A stretch of 64,000 nucleotides of DNA from contig NC_043014.1 in assembly GCF_006345805.1 (NCBI RefSeq), forward strand, positions 15,004,001-15,068,000, read 5' to 3'. Below the pieces are notes generated by a model that saw only the letters and a program-made list of their open reading frames with translations, was not told the DNA's origin and made no database searches. The position numbers were made by a program, and so were the translations under genes. The DNA is from Octopus sinensis. Its lineage: Eukaryota. Below are positions 1 to 12,989 of this stretch, piece by piece. The stretch's first letter is position 1, and the number at the start of each line of letters is the position of its first letter.

Positions 1-580
1 AAGTTTATCGAGAGAATATTAATATATTAATATTTGCATTTTGTGTCTGTTTTGCTAAAAACTTCAAACGATTTACTGTCAAATATAACGATTTTGTTTT
101 TGTTTTTGTTTTTGTTTTTTTGGCCAAATTCCATTCTTGCTTCTCTTGAGACATATTTTCTGCTTCTTATATAAAAATCGGAGGAAGGTAGGGGTTTGAT
201 CTCCATATTATCGATAAAGACGCGTGGAATAGTAGTGACTTCATGCTGTTTAACCCTTGTTTCACTCCACCTGCGATCTGCTCAGAAATATGTAGGGAGA
301 TTATCTGATCTAATTTTTCTTAAATGGATGGATGGATGGATGGATGGATGGATGGATGGATGGATGGATGGATGGATGGATGGATGGATTGGTGAAAGGA
401 TGGGTGGATGGGTGTTATCATCGGACTACGGCAATGCTTGGGCACCTCTTTGAAGGGTTTTAGTCGAACAAATTGACCCTGGTACTCATGTGGGTTTTTT
501 TAAGTCAGGAGGAACTTATTCTGTTGATCTCTTTTGTCAACACAGGCTGACAGACACACACACACACACGTTTGCGCGTG

Positions 581-614
<34 letters not shown>

Positions 615-679
615 TGTATGTATGTATGTATGTATGTATGTATGTATGTATGTATGCATGCACGTACGTATGTATGTAT

Positions 680-713
<34 letters not shown>

Positions 714-1337
714 TGTATGTATGTATGTACGTATTCGATAGGATTCCTCACAGTTTCTGTCTACCAAATTCAGTCAAGACATTAGGTAGCCTGGAGTTAT
801 AGTAGAAGACATTTTCTCAAGGTGCGCAAAGTGTCTGAACCCAAAACCACGTGGTCACAAAACTAACTTAATAAGATTGAGAGCTTTCCCCAATTTATTA
901 AACTTATCCGATCTTATGCTGAAGAAAGGAGAATTCAATGGACGCAGACTATTTTGTTTTCTCATGAATAAAGAGTCGGGTGGAGGTACCAAAATTTCCA
1001 GTAGTATTTGGTGTTGGTCTGGTCTATTTGTTAGTTAAAGAACCACTGAACTAATATGCCCATCTTTTTTCTAAGAGATTAGAGTGTCACGATGGAAATT
1101 TGATTGCTATTTTTACTAGATTCGTGTCACCTCGTAGAATCTCCCGTATTTGACTTGTAGTAATGCTTTTGTTTTTGACCTTAAAGTCCTCTCTCACTGC
1201 CTCTTCTACCACTTTTACGAGAGCCTTTGCTCTCAGGAACAGCCAAGCTGTATATTACCCACCTTCCTACATTCGTAGCCGACATACTCATCTTTCTTCG
1301 TTTCACGATCTCTATTCTTTCTCGCTCACAATAAAAA

Positions 1338-1575
1338 TCATGTCCGGAAAATTCGCCGTAAAAAAATTTCGCCGCATGGACAATAATGAAGCGTACTATA
1401 TAAGTATTTTTTTAAATAATAAAAAAAGAAATAATGCTTAAAGATTTTATAAAAGCATTAAATAGGCAAGTCTTTATTCAATGTCAAACATTAAAAATAC
1501 GCGATGAGGTTATTTGCAACGAAATTTCTTATGGTGAATTTTCATACGACAAAAATGTTTACGGTGAAAGCTCCT
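1338..1575. mobile_element. Degenerate MITE-like element with terminal inverted repeats
   Basis: aaaattcgccgtaaaaaaatttcgccgc (about 1348) is inversely matched by gcaacgaaatttcttatggtgaatttt (about 1516), with CpG-decay differences. Confidence 0.5.
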
Positions 1576-1984
1576 ACAACCAGTAAAAGTTACTCATGCC
1601 TTACATTACAGAACTGCAACCAACTGAAATTATCAACCATCCGGCTACCATACTGTGTTACGTTTCATGTAGATGTTGACTTAGACTTGTTCAAACATGT
1701 CAATAGTATCCATCTAGCCAGTCCCGATGGGAGCGGAAAGCTGTTAAAACTACAGAACACTGCCTCTGACTAAATCTCAAACGACAGATAAGTACGTATG
1801 AAGAAAGCGTGAGAATTTATCGGAAAACTACTGTGTTATACAGCTGTGCCGTCTGAAGTAAGGAAACATCGCAGAACTCTGGTGATAGTATGGCTTGATT
1901 ACAGAAAGGTATCACTACACTTGTGAAAAGTATCTGCTGCTCTAGTTGTTGTCATAGAAACGCTCTCAAAGATCTGGTCAACAG

Positions 1985-2090
1985 TACTCATAATTGTAAC
2001 AGAAAATAGAACGATATTCTCCGATGTTATAAATTTTTCAAGAGGAATGTTTCATGGAGACAGTCTGCCTGTTATTATGCTAATTTGAGC
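1985..2090 (+). mobile_element. Non-LTR retrotransposon RT fragment (R4/Dong-like)
   Basis: Translates SDVINFSRGMFHGDSLPVIML, resembling the RT motif RGIFQGDSLS. Confidence 0.55.
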
Positions 2091-2243
2091 ATCAAATGCA
2101 TTGTCAGAAACGTTAGAGCGTTGGGAAGAATGCGTTGCGCTATTTCCTCCGGTTCTTTATGTTCCGAGTTCAAATCCCGCCAAGGTCAACTTTGCCTTTC
2201 ATCCATCCGGTTACCAATAAAAGAAAGTATCAATCAAAATTGT

Positions 2244-2656
2244 GGATCCTTTCGGGTTGAACGACAGTTTTTTAAAATAATTTCCACGTAACTAAACACT
2301 TTTAAACTTCGTATACTGATAGAATGTGTTTATAAAACATCTTTTTCTCTTGGCTTTATTGAGAACATTCTATAGTTTGTAACATATTTGTTGTTTTTTT
2401 TCAATTTCTGCAATTTCAACCAATCACTGACGTCTATTGAGGTGAAAACATTCTGTGCCGTATGAATACGTCCCTCGTTTAAGAAACAGATTGGGTTTAT
2501 TTACATTTCTGAAGAAAAAAAGATACCCTTTTCCCCCACCCCTAACCCTAACACTAAAACAGATTGAAATGCAATAGATCGATACTAGGATCATAATTAT
2601 GGGTGACAATTTCATGACACCGCTAGAAAAAACTGCCGTTCAAACCGAAAAGATCC
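2244..2656. mobile_element. MITE with about 30-bp TIRs and an 8-bp TSD (Merlin- or hAT-like)
   Basis: TIRs ggatcctttcgggttgaacgacagtttttt and aaaaaactgccgttcaaaccgaaaagatcc; flanks aaaattgt (2236-2243) and aaaattgc (2657-2664). Confidence 0.7.
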
Positions 2657-2730
2657 AAAATTGCTAGTCTTGAGCTAGTCTTGAGAATTATTAAAAATTA
2701 ATTAATAGCGACAGAAGGAATATTAATCTG

Positions 2731-2906
2731 TATCTCCAACTTAACGTAGAATACTGAGTTAGGGTTATCTTGAGAGAAGCACCCATATGGACTCCCATTT
2801 AGATTCGAGTGCTATCATGCACCACGAATCTATATGAGAGGTGCTCTCAAGTTATAAAATGCAGTATTCTGTGTTCTACCACAAGATCCAAGTAATGTTG
2901 GAGATA
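2731..2906. repeat. Imperfect 176-bp palindrome (hairpin)
   Basis: Nested inverted blocks: tatctccaac/gttggagata, agaatactg/cagtattct, ttgagag..agcacc/ggtgctctcaa, tagattcg/cgaatcta, gtgc/gcac. Confidence 0.65.
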
Positions 2907-3106
2907 AAAATTGATTTAAAGAATCATTAATTTTACCAAAATAAATATTCATATTTGGTAGATGAACGCAAGAAAACGGTTTTCCAGATTCCAAAATCCA
3001 TAATTTTTACACGAATGGTCTGTCTATATCCCTTGTCCCACTCGATGAGTGATACAAATACCTAGGTACTGATAACGATATAATGACCAAGGAATATTAT
3101 ATCAGA

Positions 3107-3480
3107 CTAAGGTGGCGAGCTGACAGAAACGTTAGCACGCCGGGCGAAATGCTTAGCGGTATTTCGTCCGCCGCTACGTTCTGAGTTCAAATTCCGCCGA
3201 GGTCGACTTTGCCTTTCATCCTTTCGGGGTCGATTAAATAAGTACCAGTTATACACTGAGGTCAATGTAATCGACTTAATCCGTTTGTCTGTCCTTGTTT
3301 GTTCTCTGTTTAGCCCCTTGTGGGTAGTAAAGAAATAGGTATTTCGTCTGTCTTTACGTTCTGAGTTCAAATTCCTTCGAGGTCGACTTTGCCTTTCATC
3401 CTTTCGGGGTCGATAAAATAAGTACAAATTGAGAGCTCTCCCGAAATTTCAGGCCTTGTACCAAAGTTTGAAATCAATAT
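3107..3480 (+). mobile_element. tRNA-derived SINE family 2, dimeric copy. Further copies at about 4165-4660, 18590-18730, 31010-31200, 32680-32810, 33240-33395, 47810-49130, 50395-50620, 53730-54425, 55705-56255, 57008-57425, 57550-57870
   Basis: Recurrent ggcgagctggcagaaacgttagc...gagttcaaattccgccgaggtcgactttgcctttcatcctttcggggtcgataaa with A/B-box-like motifs. The central block resembles the Meta-SINE domain as recalled. Confidence 0.85.
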
Positions 3481-5299
3481 TGTACCAGACTAAAAGTATA
3501 AACACAGAGCATTCCTCTTAAGTGAAGATTATATCCCACGATGCATTTGCGGTAGTAGGAATGGCATTGACGTTTGAGATACTTGCTAGGTTTTAGAGGA
3601 AAAGCACCCCGTAGATATTATAACTTGCAAGATATTGACTTCGGTAGGAAGCTTCCGCATAAGCAGTAATATTGACAAGCTCAGTCTCAGAAGAAAGAAT
3701 GTTTTAGATCAATGCAGCTAGCTTTTAAGTGCTATATGGTAGCACTCGAAACAGCCATGTCAGATAAAAAGACAAATATTCCATCTAAATGCTGGAAAAT
3801 GAAGAGAACAAGGCCTTAGAGGGCAGTAATGAAATCTGCAAAAAATATCCGAGTAAGGTGTCTGTAAAAGATATTACACATGGAATCATTATCTACCCAA
3901 AGACAGCTCTTGAACCAGACAACCGTGTCCACATGTGTCCTCTTATGACAAGACCATAAGACTGTCCTTTTCGTTAAATGCCATGTCCATTTTTGAGATT
4001 CCTGAATCTAGAGATTACTTCCCATTTTCAAGCGGAGCTGGTCAAAATTGTAATTAGGATACTTGACCATGAGGCGGATATAATTATAATAAATCAAGAT
4101 TTCATGTTGTGATATTTGATATCTTTGTATTTGTCTCTGATGTTCAGACAAATGCCACTGGCCATTCTGAGTTATTCTCTGGGCTCATTTCGTCCTAGTT
4201 CAAATTCTACCGAGGTCGACTTTACCTTTCGTCCTTTAGGAGCTGATAATATAAATACAAGTTGAAAGTGCGAGCTGGCAGAAACGTTAGCACGCCGGGC
4301 GAAATTCTTAGCGGTATTTCGTCTGCCGTTACGTTCTGAGTTCAAATTCCTCCGAGGTCGATTTTGCCTTTCATCCTTACGGGGTTGATAAATTAAGTAC
4401 CAGTTGCGTACTGGGGTCGATCTAATCGACTGACCCGCTTCCCCCAAAATTTCGGGCCTTGTGCCTAGAGCAGAAATGAATATTAAGGCGGCGAGCTGGC
4501 AGAAACGTTAGCAAGCCGGACAAAAAGCTTAGCGGTATTTCGTCTGTCTTTATGTTCTGAGTTCAAATTCCGCCGAGGTCGACTTTGCCTTTCATCCTTA
4601 CGGGTTCGATAAACTAAGTACCAGTTGCGTACTGGGGATCGATGTAATCGATTTACTCTCACTCGCGAAGTTGGAATGCTCTTTTAAAAGCTAGAACTTC
4701 TGGATCAACATTTATACCCATAATTATATGTGATACTGATTATGCTAGTAAACGTCTACATGACAATCTAGGAAGGTTATTATCTAACACGGAAGCGTAA
4801 CTTACAAACAGAATCTATAAGCGGAACGGCAGTAATATAAAAGAGTTTTCTAAAGTTATGCTTGTAACTTATCAGCGTTGTTAACCACATTTCAGCAATG
4901 CAGCTTTCTTAGAAACCATTTCCTTCTTCATAGGAAGATTTCAGGTAATTAAAAAGGAAGATTACTTTCATTTGGATTCATACATACGCGTCATACATGC
5001 CTATATACATGGTTAGACACATTCATACCTGCATATATGCACACATACATACAGTTCAGAGCCTGCAGTATTATTCCTGCTTGTTGGTTATTAATTCACA
5101 TGTGTCTGCTTGTAATCACTGGTTTGGACGTTAAAACTGATAGTAAAATATGTAATCATGGAAAACCTTGAAACGGTGAAGTGATAATAACAGAAGAGGA
5201 AGAGGGGGAGCAGGAGGAGGAGGGAGGAGAAAAAAAGAACTCTAGAAATACATACGATGGAGATGTAACTATCTGTATAATACGTATACACACACACAT

Positions 5300-5389
<90 letters not shown>

Positions 5390-5613
5390 AAGATGTATGT
5401 ACTTATGTATATGCATATATATGTATATATGTGCGTATACGTTAGTATGTGTGAATATATGTATGTACACATATAACTATATTCGCACACACGCATATAT
5501 ATATGCATATTTGTATATAAATGTATAAATATATACATATATGTCTATGTATAAACACACACATATGTATGCACACACACACACACACATACACACACAC
5601 ACACACACACACA

Positions 5614-5647
<34 letters not shown>

Positions 5648-5649
5648 TT

Positions 5650-5970
5650 AAAAGACTCCGCCGGTTACGACGACGAGGGTCCCAGCTGATACGATCAACG
5701 GAACAGCTTGCTCGTGAAATTAACGTGCAAATGGCTGAGCATTCCACAGACACGTGTACCCTTAACGTAGTTCTCGGGGATAATCAGCGTGACACAGAGA
5801 GTGACAAGGCTGACCCTTTGAAATACAAGTACAACTCATTTTTGCCAGCTGAGTGGACTGGAGCAACGTGAAATAAAGTGTCTTGCTCAAGGACACAACG
5901 CGTCGCCGGGAATCGAACTCACAACCTTACGATCATGAGCCGAATGCCCTAACCACTAAGCCACGCGCCC
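5650..5970 (-). mobile_element. tRNA-derived SINE group 3. Related copies at about 8935-9230, 10380-10560, 10765-11030, 11098-11345, 12000-12165, 14280-14400, 17825-18150, 32935-33230, 36455-36835, 55775-56115
   Basis: tRNA-like head (ggcgcgtggcttagtggttag...ggttcgatt) plus a shared core gttcttgagcaagacactttatttcacgttgctccagtccactcagctg, joined to several different 3' tails. Confidence 0.8.
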
Positions 5971-7094
5971 TCTATATATATATATATATGTTATGAATGT
6001 GTGTGCCTAGTATGCATTAGGTAAGAAAGCAAGTAAATGGAAAGGTAGATATAAGATAATCAAGGTGAGAAGCAGTAAAACGGGGGAACAATAATTAAGG
6101 TGTATTCCATTTTGGAACGTAGACCTTTCTGGTAGTTAAAACTAATCAATGGAGGAAACCACCGTAACCACATGATCCGAAGATTCAATCCGGCAACGAT
6201 GCGATAAGAAATATTCACTGCGGCATGTTATATGATGGTTGGAACATGACAGAACTACATCCTTCTGGATAGTCCCGATTGTCTGATTGTTGATTAGGTC
6301 ATTGTTATTGAGCAGACCAAAAATGAAAGACGTCCCAGCCATGTCCAGCTCGTCTTTTGTTCTTGCAACGCATATCTAAGACTTTGTTGCATACCTAAGG
6401 CTTCGTTGCCATACCCTCGTACGCTCTCATTCTCATCTGTACAATTGCATAGACAGACTTGAAGCTGACCTGGAGTAGAGAAGGGATGTCAATGAGAACA
6501 CAAAAAAAAACATAGGTTTAGCTGATTGATTGATAAAACGAATGATTAATCAAATCATAGACTGTCATCCAACTAACATATAATGAAGTGAAATAGGACC
6601 AGTGCGTGTGTTTATTATTGGCATGATGATCCTACCGAGATGCAACAAAACATATTTCAACACATCTGTTCGCATCAAGTATCTTGTAAGACAAATAGTA
6701 AAATTAAGTACCTAACACTATTATCATTATTGAAAATCTCCATCTTGATTTTAAATGGTAACCCCTAATTTGAGGAAGATTTGATTACTTTCAACAGATA
6801 AAGAAGTTACAAAGAGATTCCTCCTTCGGAAGCTCTATAGGTGATATACTTCAAACGTTATCCAGTTAACAAAACCTTGACTACCTTTATCAGGGTCCAC
6901 TATGTTATAAGCTTTCTCTTTGAGTACAACTCATAAAACTTACATTGGATCTAGGTTAGAAACCGGGTCTTTCTCTATTGGCAAAAAATCTTGAAATAAA
7001 ACTGAATAATGACATACATACATAATACATACATACATACATACATACATACATACATACATACACATACATACATACATACATACATACATAT

Positions 7095-7912
7095 CTTCTT
7101 CATGATCTCCTATACAGTCCCAAACCTTAGAGAAGATCTGGATGGAAAGCACTCAGCATACAAAAAAAAAAGACCATGCATGGGTATGTTGCCCAGAAGC
7201 TTGAAGAAGACAGGAGAATTGACACTGTTATGTTTCTGAAGACATTATGCATGTGATTAGCAGCAGTCCTAAAATGTCGTCACGCGACTACCTCCCTATG
7301 TGGAACGATCTTGCTGCTAAAACAATTTACAATGCCATCCGAAAAAAGACTGTCCTGAATTAAACTTAGAAAATCCTTCTGTTATGGAATACATTCATAA
7401 ACAACAACTGAAGGAATACTGGTGGAATATTCCCATCAAAACGTCTTTCAAATGTAAGCATAACAGGCCGGATATTGTTGTTTGAGACAGAGGGTGGGAG
7501 CAAAGATATGTACCATGATAGAGATTAGCTGCCCTACAGATATAATTATCTCTTTGAAAATCAAAGAAAAAGCAGATATCTATGGACAACTGCTTCAAAA
7601 CCTCCAGCTTCTATATCCAGACTTTGATTTCATATTCATACCAATAATAATTGGAGCACTAGGTTTTGTTAGTAAATGCTTAAAGGAGAATCTGGATAAA
7701 CTGGGATTTTCAGAAAGAGAAATCGACCGGATAGTGCGTACGTTACAAATCCAATCCGTGAATGGAACAGTAAAAATATGCAAGACTTTTCTCAAGTTCC
7801 AAATGTGAATTTGTCTGTGTTAACTATATCCCAAAGATGGAGCCTTGTAGCTTTGTTGGAAACTGGCTCCCTCCTCAGTGGAAGAGTTATAATAATTAAA
7901 AGATAGAAGAGA
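7095..7912 (+). mobile_element. 3' fragment of an R4/Dong-like (restriction-like endonuclease) non-LTR retrotransposon, frameshifted
   Basis: KTMHGYVAQKL, EDIMHVISS..., EYWWNIPIKT..CKHNRPDIVV*DR..CTMIEISCP and FIPIIIGALG...VKICKTFLKF. Flanked on both sides by (ACAT)n. Confidence 0.8.
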
Positions 7913-8679
7913 CATACATACATACATACATACATACATACATACATACATACATACATACATACATACATACATACATACATACATACATGCAAGAATC
8001 CCACGCGTTATGCGAATAATGTGGTTCTGAAAATCTGGTTGTAACACAAAATCCTGCAATGCGAAATAACTTTTCCCATTGATTTTCATATTTAAAAAGT
8101 GAGAATACTTTGCGATGGATTTCTTTCGAAAACAACAAACAAACTAGGAAGCAACACGACCACTTTTATGCATGAAAATAACAATTTCTTAACGTAAACA
8201 GTAAAATATGTAAACATAAAAATATTGGATACGTTAGAGGATAAATATGAATTCTAATATCACAATAGGGTACGTTCTTCCTAAACATGTTGGCCACTCT
8301 GTAAGGGCTGCTGGTGCTGGAATGAGAGTTTCTAGGATTTGGGACGCTATCTTCTAGCTTATAGCTCATCAAAGACATCTACTTGTGGGGCGAAGAACTT
8401 AACCAAGCTGCTTCTTTATGGTGGTTCATTATCTTTGTACAGTTCAGTGTAGAAGCTGAGCTCACAGTAAATTCCTCTTGTAACGCTTATGTTCACGTTA
8501 ACGGTTGTTATTAAGATTATTTTGTTGACTTTCCTCTGTATATTTTGCAGTTAGTTTAAATTTGGAATTGGTGAAATTTCCATATTCTTATCTGTATTCT
8601 CGGCTCGATACTAACAGCTCAACCACATCATCCTCTATGACTTCTTCCTGAACAAACAGTTCTAGTAACCACGAGCTTC

Positions 8680-8915
8680 AAAAACAGTACAGCTTTATCA
8701 ACATTGCATAGTTGCTCGAGTGTGCGGCCCCCGTAATTTTTTCAGCTGCTTAGAATAATTGGTAGCAGCCTCTGTATCAGCAATGGCAGCTCCACCAGTT
8801 ATTTTTATGCTGTGCAAATTCAAGTGCTTCTTAAACTTTTCAAATCAGCCTTTACTAGTCAGGAAAGTTTTTCATTAAAAGTTGCACTGCAAATCGTCAT
8901 ACAAACTGTTGCTTG
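8680..8915 (-). mobile_element. Tigger/pogo transposase remnant
   Basis: Translates SKG*FEKFKKHLNLHSIKITGGAAIADTEAATNYSKQLKK, compared with the pogo/CENP-B motif ASKGWF..F..R......GEAASAD. Confidence 0.75.
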
Positions 8916-9437
8916 TCGGCATGTTATGTTTTTGTGGAGGCACATGACCTAGTGGTTAGAGCAGCGGACTCGCGGTCGAGGGATCGCGGGTTCGATTCTC
9001 AGACCGGGCGATGTGTGTGTTTATGAGCGAAACACTTAAGCTCCACGCTGCTCCGGCAGAAGGTAATGGCGAACTTCTGCTGACTCTTTCGCCACAACTT
9101 TCTCTCACTCTTTCCTCCTGCATCTTTCAGCTCACCTGCGATGGACCGGCGTCCCGTCCAGGTGGGGAACCTATACGCCAAGGAAACCGGGAAACCGGCC
9201 CTTATAACCCAGGCATGGCTCGAGAAGGAAACGTTATGTTTTGTCTGTTACGTGATCCATATATTGAAGAGCCGTTCCATTTTAAGTTTCTTATTAGATC
9301 CTTGAAGCAATAAGTGCTGAGCAATTAATTGAATAGCTTCTGGAGCACTCGGCTTAATTTTCTCTCTGTTTCTACTGCAGATGCTGCAAGCTTTAAGGTT
9401 TTCTATGAAGTGGTTGATTTTTACTCTTACAGCTGTA

Positions 9438-9632
9438 GAAGTGGCTGTGTGACAAGTATCTTGCTTACCAACCACATGGTTCCGGGTTCAGTCCCACTGC
9501 GTGGCACCTTGCAAGTGTCTTCTACTATAACCTCGGGCCGACCAAAGCCTTGTGAGTGGATTTGGTAGACGGAAACTGAAAGAAGCCATTTGTATATATG
9601 TATGTATATATATATATGTGTGTGTGTGTGTG

Positions 9633-9664
<32 letters not shown>

Positions 9665-9917
9665 GCGTGTGTGAGTGTGTGTGAGTGTGTGTGAGTGTGT
9701 GCGTGTCTGTGTTTGTCCCCCCAACATCGCTTGACAACCGATGCTGGTGTGTTTACGTCCCCGTAACTTAGCGGTTCGGCAAAAGAGACCGATAAAATAA
9801 GTACTAGGCTTACAAAGAATAAGTCCTGGGGTCGATTTGCTCGACTAAAGGCGGTGCTCAAGCATGGCCACAGTCAAATGACTGAAACAAGTAAAAGAGT
9901 AAAATAGTAAAAGAGTA
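9438..9917 (+). mobile_element. tRNA-derived SINE family 1 with an internal microsatellite. Other copies at about 425-870, 15295-15700, 15785-16285, 16590-17120, 22725-23135, 30485-30950, 40750-41165, 55200-55700, 57975-58920, 61280-62570
   Basis: Recurrent caggagtggctgtgtggtaag...gggttcagtcccactg...gtggatttggtagacggaaactgaaagaagcccgtcg-[TA/TG/TACA]n-...cagtcaaatgactgaaacaagtaaaagag. Confidence 0.9.
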
Positions 9918-11457
9918 CATCAAATCTTTTTAAAACATTAGTTCAATATCCAGTGTAATCCCTCTTCGGTCAATTTTACCACTATCCTCTTAAGCTCTAC
10001 TTGATGGTTTGTTTCCAGGCATCTTGAGTGTCGGTAAATCCAGCAGTGGAGGTGATCAGCAATTATCCACAATATGTATTCAACAAACAATGCGAGCCAA
10101 GTTCTGCTTTGTGAGGGCAAAAAATGTTCGTCTTATTCTTAGGGGTGTGCGGAAGGAAATGACCAGACGAAAAAGTGAAAGAGTTAGACAGAAAGAATTA
10201 TTGCATGATTACAGTTAGTTAAAGGTTTAGTCAATCGTTGTGTTTCTGACCAAGGGTTTTCGGTCGTTCGCTCAATTAGGCTCATTGTGTTAACTTGTAA
10301 ATGGCTGCGTATACTTCAAACACCTGTGCACTTAAAATCCTCCGACAGTTTCAACGTGAAACCCAGATTAACATGGCTTTACTTTTGAACTACAGATACA
10401 ATACACTCGCCTGGCTTCCATGCAGTTTCCGCCTACCTTAATTTCACTCACGAAACATGGGTCGACCCGAAGCCAGAATAAAATTACACTTTGCTCAAGA
10501 CACAACGCCGCGTGAGATCGAAGATGGATTTCTATTGATGACAAAACCTGTTTTTTAAGCATTCGACCATATTGCACTTCTTGCATGTACACAAACTCAA
10601 GTACGCATACACACGCGCGCGTTAAATATACATAAATGTGTGGGGTGGTTACGCGTGTACGGGCGTCTATGGGGGTATGTTTGCGTGTCGTTGTTTAGTG
10701 TCTTGTTGTATAATCCCAGGCATTGAAATTGCGATCTTTCTCACTCATATAAAATTTGGTGACAGTGCATGGCTTAGTGGTTTAGGTATTGCACTCACGA
10801 TCGCAAGACCGTGGGTTCGATTTCAATACCGGGCGGTGCGTTATGTTCTTGAACAAATCGATTCATCTCATGTTGCTTTACGATTACTTCGTCACCTGAC
10901 GTGTGGTATGCCGTCCATCTGTGCAGGCGATGTTGATTTGATGGGAGGAGTGAGCTTGCTAATGTTCAGCACATACATTAGATCACTACAAAGAAATCAT
11001 TTGTGCAAGTTGTTCAGTAAGAATTACAGAACCATGCTTAAGTAGAGTTGTCTACGTACTAATGTGAAGGCAGTTATGTATGCTTCTATTTATGAAGTGG
11101 AGGCGCGTGGCTTGGTGGTTAGGGTGTCAGCATCATGATCGTAAGATTGTGGTTTCGATTCCTGGACCGGGCGACACGTTGTGTTCTTGAGCAAAACACT
11201 TCATTTCACGTTGCTCCAGTCCACTCAGCTGGCAAAAATGAGTAACGCTGCGATGGACTGGCGTCCCATCCAGCTTGGGAACACATACGCCATGGAAACC
11301 GGGAAACCGGGCCCATGAGCCTGGCTAGGCTTTAAAAAGGGCGCATTTATTATTTTTTTCTATTTATGGAAATGCTTATGTGTAAATATGTTTATATAGA
11401 CATACATAAGTTTATGTGTAAATGTATTTCTATAAATGACGATACGTAAATATACGA

Positions 11458-11491
<34 letters not shown>

Positions 11492-11802
11492 ATTGAAATA
11501 TGCTTTAAAAATATAGACGAGCGATAGGAATGCAAATATATACATCGGTGTGTGTGTGTGTATTTATGTGTATATGTGAATACACGTATATACGGGTATG
11601 CATATGTGTATATGTTTATATTTGTATGCCGGTATATGCATTGACCTGTGTGTCAGTATTATGTTCGAACGCATGTAACTACTCACAGAAATATGTATGT
11701 GTGTGTGTGTGTGTTTGTGTGTGTGCGTGCGCGCGCGCGTATCTACGCATCTATCTATGTATCTATATATGTATAATTCATATACATATGCACATGCGTT
11801 TG

Positions 11803-11852
<50 letters not shown>

Positions 11853-12189
11853 TGTCTAATAATATATATATTTAATGGACTCTCGCGTCGAATACGACAT
11901 ATGAACGTTCACCATTTTTGCCGAACGACCTGTACAAATTATTTATTTATAATAATCAAATGTATGTGTCGCACGTTAGCACAATCCCCACCACCCCTAA
12001 ACCTTGAACAGGTGCACGGTGTACCACGTGTCAGTTGTCGAGGTGATCGCAGAGCAACGTGAGATGAAGTGTTTTGTTCAAAAACACAAAGCACCACCCA
12101 GTCTCGGAATTGAAACCATGATCTCGCAATCTTGAGAGCAAAACCCTAACCCCAAGGCCATGCAGCTTATATACATACATACATACATA

Positions 12190-12316
<127 letters not shown>

Positions 12317-12369
12317 ATCCAAACAAGAAAGCACGAAAAAAAAACACAACAACGCGAGGACGTGGAACA

Positions 12370-12520
12370 AATATAGTATTATTGGACTCTCAGGAAAGAA
12401 GGAAAGAAGGAGGTTTTAACGTTTCGAGCGGAGCTCTTCGTCGGAAACATAGGAGAAGGAAAGATCAGGAGAAGGGAAGACAGAGGAAAAAAATCGCCAA
12501 CGGTACACACGCGGTCACAT
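12370..12520 (-). mobile_element. Solo PLE terminal repeat (family C) with a degenerate hammerhead motif at 12413-12448
   Basis: Minus strand gtttCCGACGAaGAGCtccGCTCGAAACGTTaaaac; the sequence downstream resembles the 45.1 kb and 51.05 kb copies. Confidence 0.5.
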
Positions 12521-12544
12521 TTTGAATATATATATATATATTTT

Positions 12545-12700
12545 TTCTGGAACAGGTCTGCAATCTCTTGTATCTGTATTTGACTCAGTTTGTGATGATT
12601 TGGGTTTGACCATCAACTTGAAAAAAACAGTTGTAATATATCCACCTGCTCGTGGTGCTGTCTGCAACCCACTAAAAGTTTTGTTACGGGTAAGTTACTT
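12545..12700 (+). mobile_element. RTE-clade LINE RT fragment, an inverted copy of 13140-13295
   Basis: Translates GLQSLVSVFDSVCDDLGLTINLKKTVV; about 80% identical by eye to the minus-strand copy. Confidence 0.7.
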
Positions 12701-12989
12701 GAGGTTATATATATACATGGTGATTGTCTGTTCCTTGTGTAGTGTCTGACCACCTCTTGTACTTACATCTTATATCCATCTGATGTGACTTTTTAAACCA
12801 GGACAATGTATTGAAAAGACACCCACATAGATTACATATCAGATTTGGACCACCAAGAGCTGCAGTTAAGTTCTAATCTTGGTGGATCTTAAAATGTCTT
12901 TTGAGGCCTCCGTTAGATTTGCAAACCTTATGCATACACGGCACTGAAATGTGTGCACAGATATATAGTTAGAATAGTTGGTGGGGTTT

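Noticed and set aside
6290-6470. Minus-strand acceptor (cttctctactccag) followed by a roughly 58-codon frame
   Set aside because: The translation has no similarity to an RGK G domain and no convincing donor.
8935-9010. tRNA-like sequences (also at 11098, 55778 and others)
   Set aside because: SINE heads that continue into SINE bodies and lack a complete acceptor stem.
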